Part shown: in pieces, positions 63,584 through 64,000 of the stretch
Layout of the letters: every line of letters begins with the position of its first letter
How positions within the stretch are numbered: the first letter of the stretch is position 1
NCBI GenBank assembly: GCA_949300385.1
Contig: CASGDZ010000003.1
Location: 17,316 to 81,315 of the forward strand
Origin: an uncultured Christensenella sp.
GTDB lineage: Bacteria > Bacillota > Clostridia > Christensenellales > UBA1242
Length of the DNA stretch: 64,000 nucleotides
Direction of reading: 5' to 3'
The notes under the pieces: model-generated
What the model was told of the DNA's origin: nothing
The model's database searches: none
The model's input: only the letters and a program-made list of their open reading frames with translations
Made by a program: the position numbers and the translations under genes

Positions 63584-64000
63584 TTATTTCAAATTCTTGT
63601 ACTTATTTTGACAAGATATAGGTATAATCTCTTCAATATTTTTATTTATAGCAACTTTCATTATTGTATCTTTATTCTTACGCTTTACAAAAGCAAAAAT
63701 ATATATAATATTTGCCATAATTAACACACTTACTAACACTAAATCTATAATTGATTTATTAAAAACTAACATTAAAACGGCAAATATTGTGTTTATAATC
63801 ATATGCATGGTTAATATCCATTTGTTTTTCTTTAAGAAATCGTTATGTCTATAACAATTTTGTAAAAGTTTAACTGAATTAATGAGCATAATTAAAATCA
63901 AAATTAGCATTATGGTAAAGACATATATTATAAGACAATTAACTAAATTTACATTTAATGAAAATGCTGAAAAAATATTATAAATAGGTATAAATAGCAT
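63584..64000 (-). CDS. hydrophobic membrane protein; it may continue beyond the right edge
   Basis: The ORF reaches the window end with an ATG at 63998-64000 (complement). It has about four hydrophobic helices and no recognised motif. Confidence 0.4.
   Translation of the reverse strand: MLFIPIYNIFSAFSLNVNLVNCLIIYVFTIMLILILIMLINSVKLLQNCYRHNDFLKKNKWILTMHMIINTIFAVLMLVFNKSIIDLVLVSVLIMANIIYIFAFVKRKNKDTIMKVAINKNIEEIIPISCQNKYKNLK

Noticed and set aside
1-64000. I considered an alternative genetic code (UGA as a sense codon, as in Mollicutes and some candidate phyla), given the extreme AT content.
   Set aside because: Conserved genes (ftsH, mfd, tyrS, virB4, the 3620-aa ORF) are full length under the standard code. 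TGA also functions as a stop, for example at the yabP stop within the ATGA overlap at 19757-19760.

Overview
This is a 64-kb chromosomal window from a very AT-rich Gram-positive organism, probably Bacillota. It uses the standard genetic code: TGA acts as a stop at the yabP/yabQ ATGA overlap, and no long ORF needs a recoded stop. Lineage markers are yabP-yabQ-divIC, spoVT, pth-mfd, lipobox lipoproteins, an LtaS-family enzyme and a SipW-type signal peptide. I call about 50 protein genes, two stand-alone tRNA genes (Asn-GTT and initiator Met-CAT), and several clear sigma-A-like promoters and hairpin terminators. Housekeeping content is alr, queH, cmk-like, rlmH, tadA, peptidase U32, a COG0523 zinc GTPase, pth, mfd, acpP, ftsH, cvpA, tyrS, ychF and uppP. 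Five things stand out. (1) A compact type IV secretion-like cluster lies at 28153-37891: a VirB3/VirB4 fusion ATPase, a VirB6/TcpH-like polytopic protein, an orphan bitopic 493-aa protein, a VirB2-like 112-aa two-helix protein and a VirD4/TraG coupling ATPase. The window contains no relaxase, integrase or wall hydrolase near it. The cluster sits among core genes and next to a tRNA-fMet that carries a degenerate duplicated 3' half, which looks like an att scar. (2) A roughly 545-nt ORF-free, hairpin-rich, GC-elevated region at 62949-63493 is closed by a long-range 7-bp helix and starts just after a good promoter. It lies directly upstream of a roughly 20-kDa four-TM protein. I call it a candidate large structured RNA with an OLE/OapA-like arrangement. 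(3) A membrane-anchored coiled-coil protein carries eight GRP-core AT-hook motifs. (4) A 3620-aa lipoprotein carries two blocks of GLUG-like repeats. (5) Several genes without a Shine-Dalgarno share a -10 box, 6 nt, then start codon architecture, which suggests leaderless mRNAs. All homology calls come from motif recognition by eye. No searches were run.
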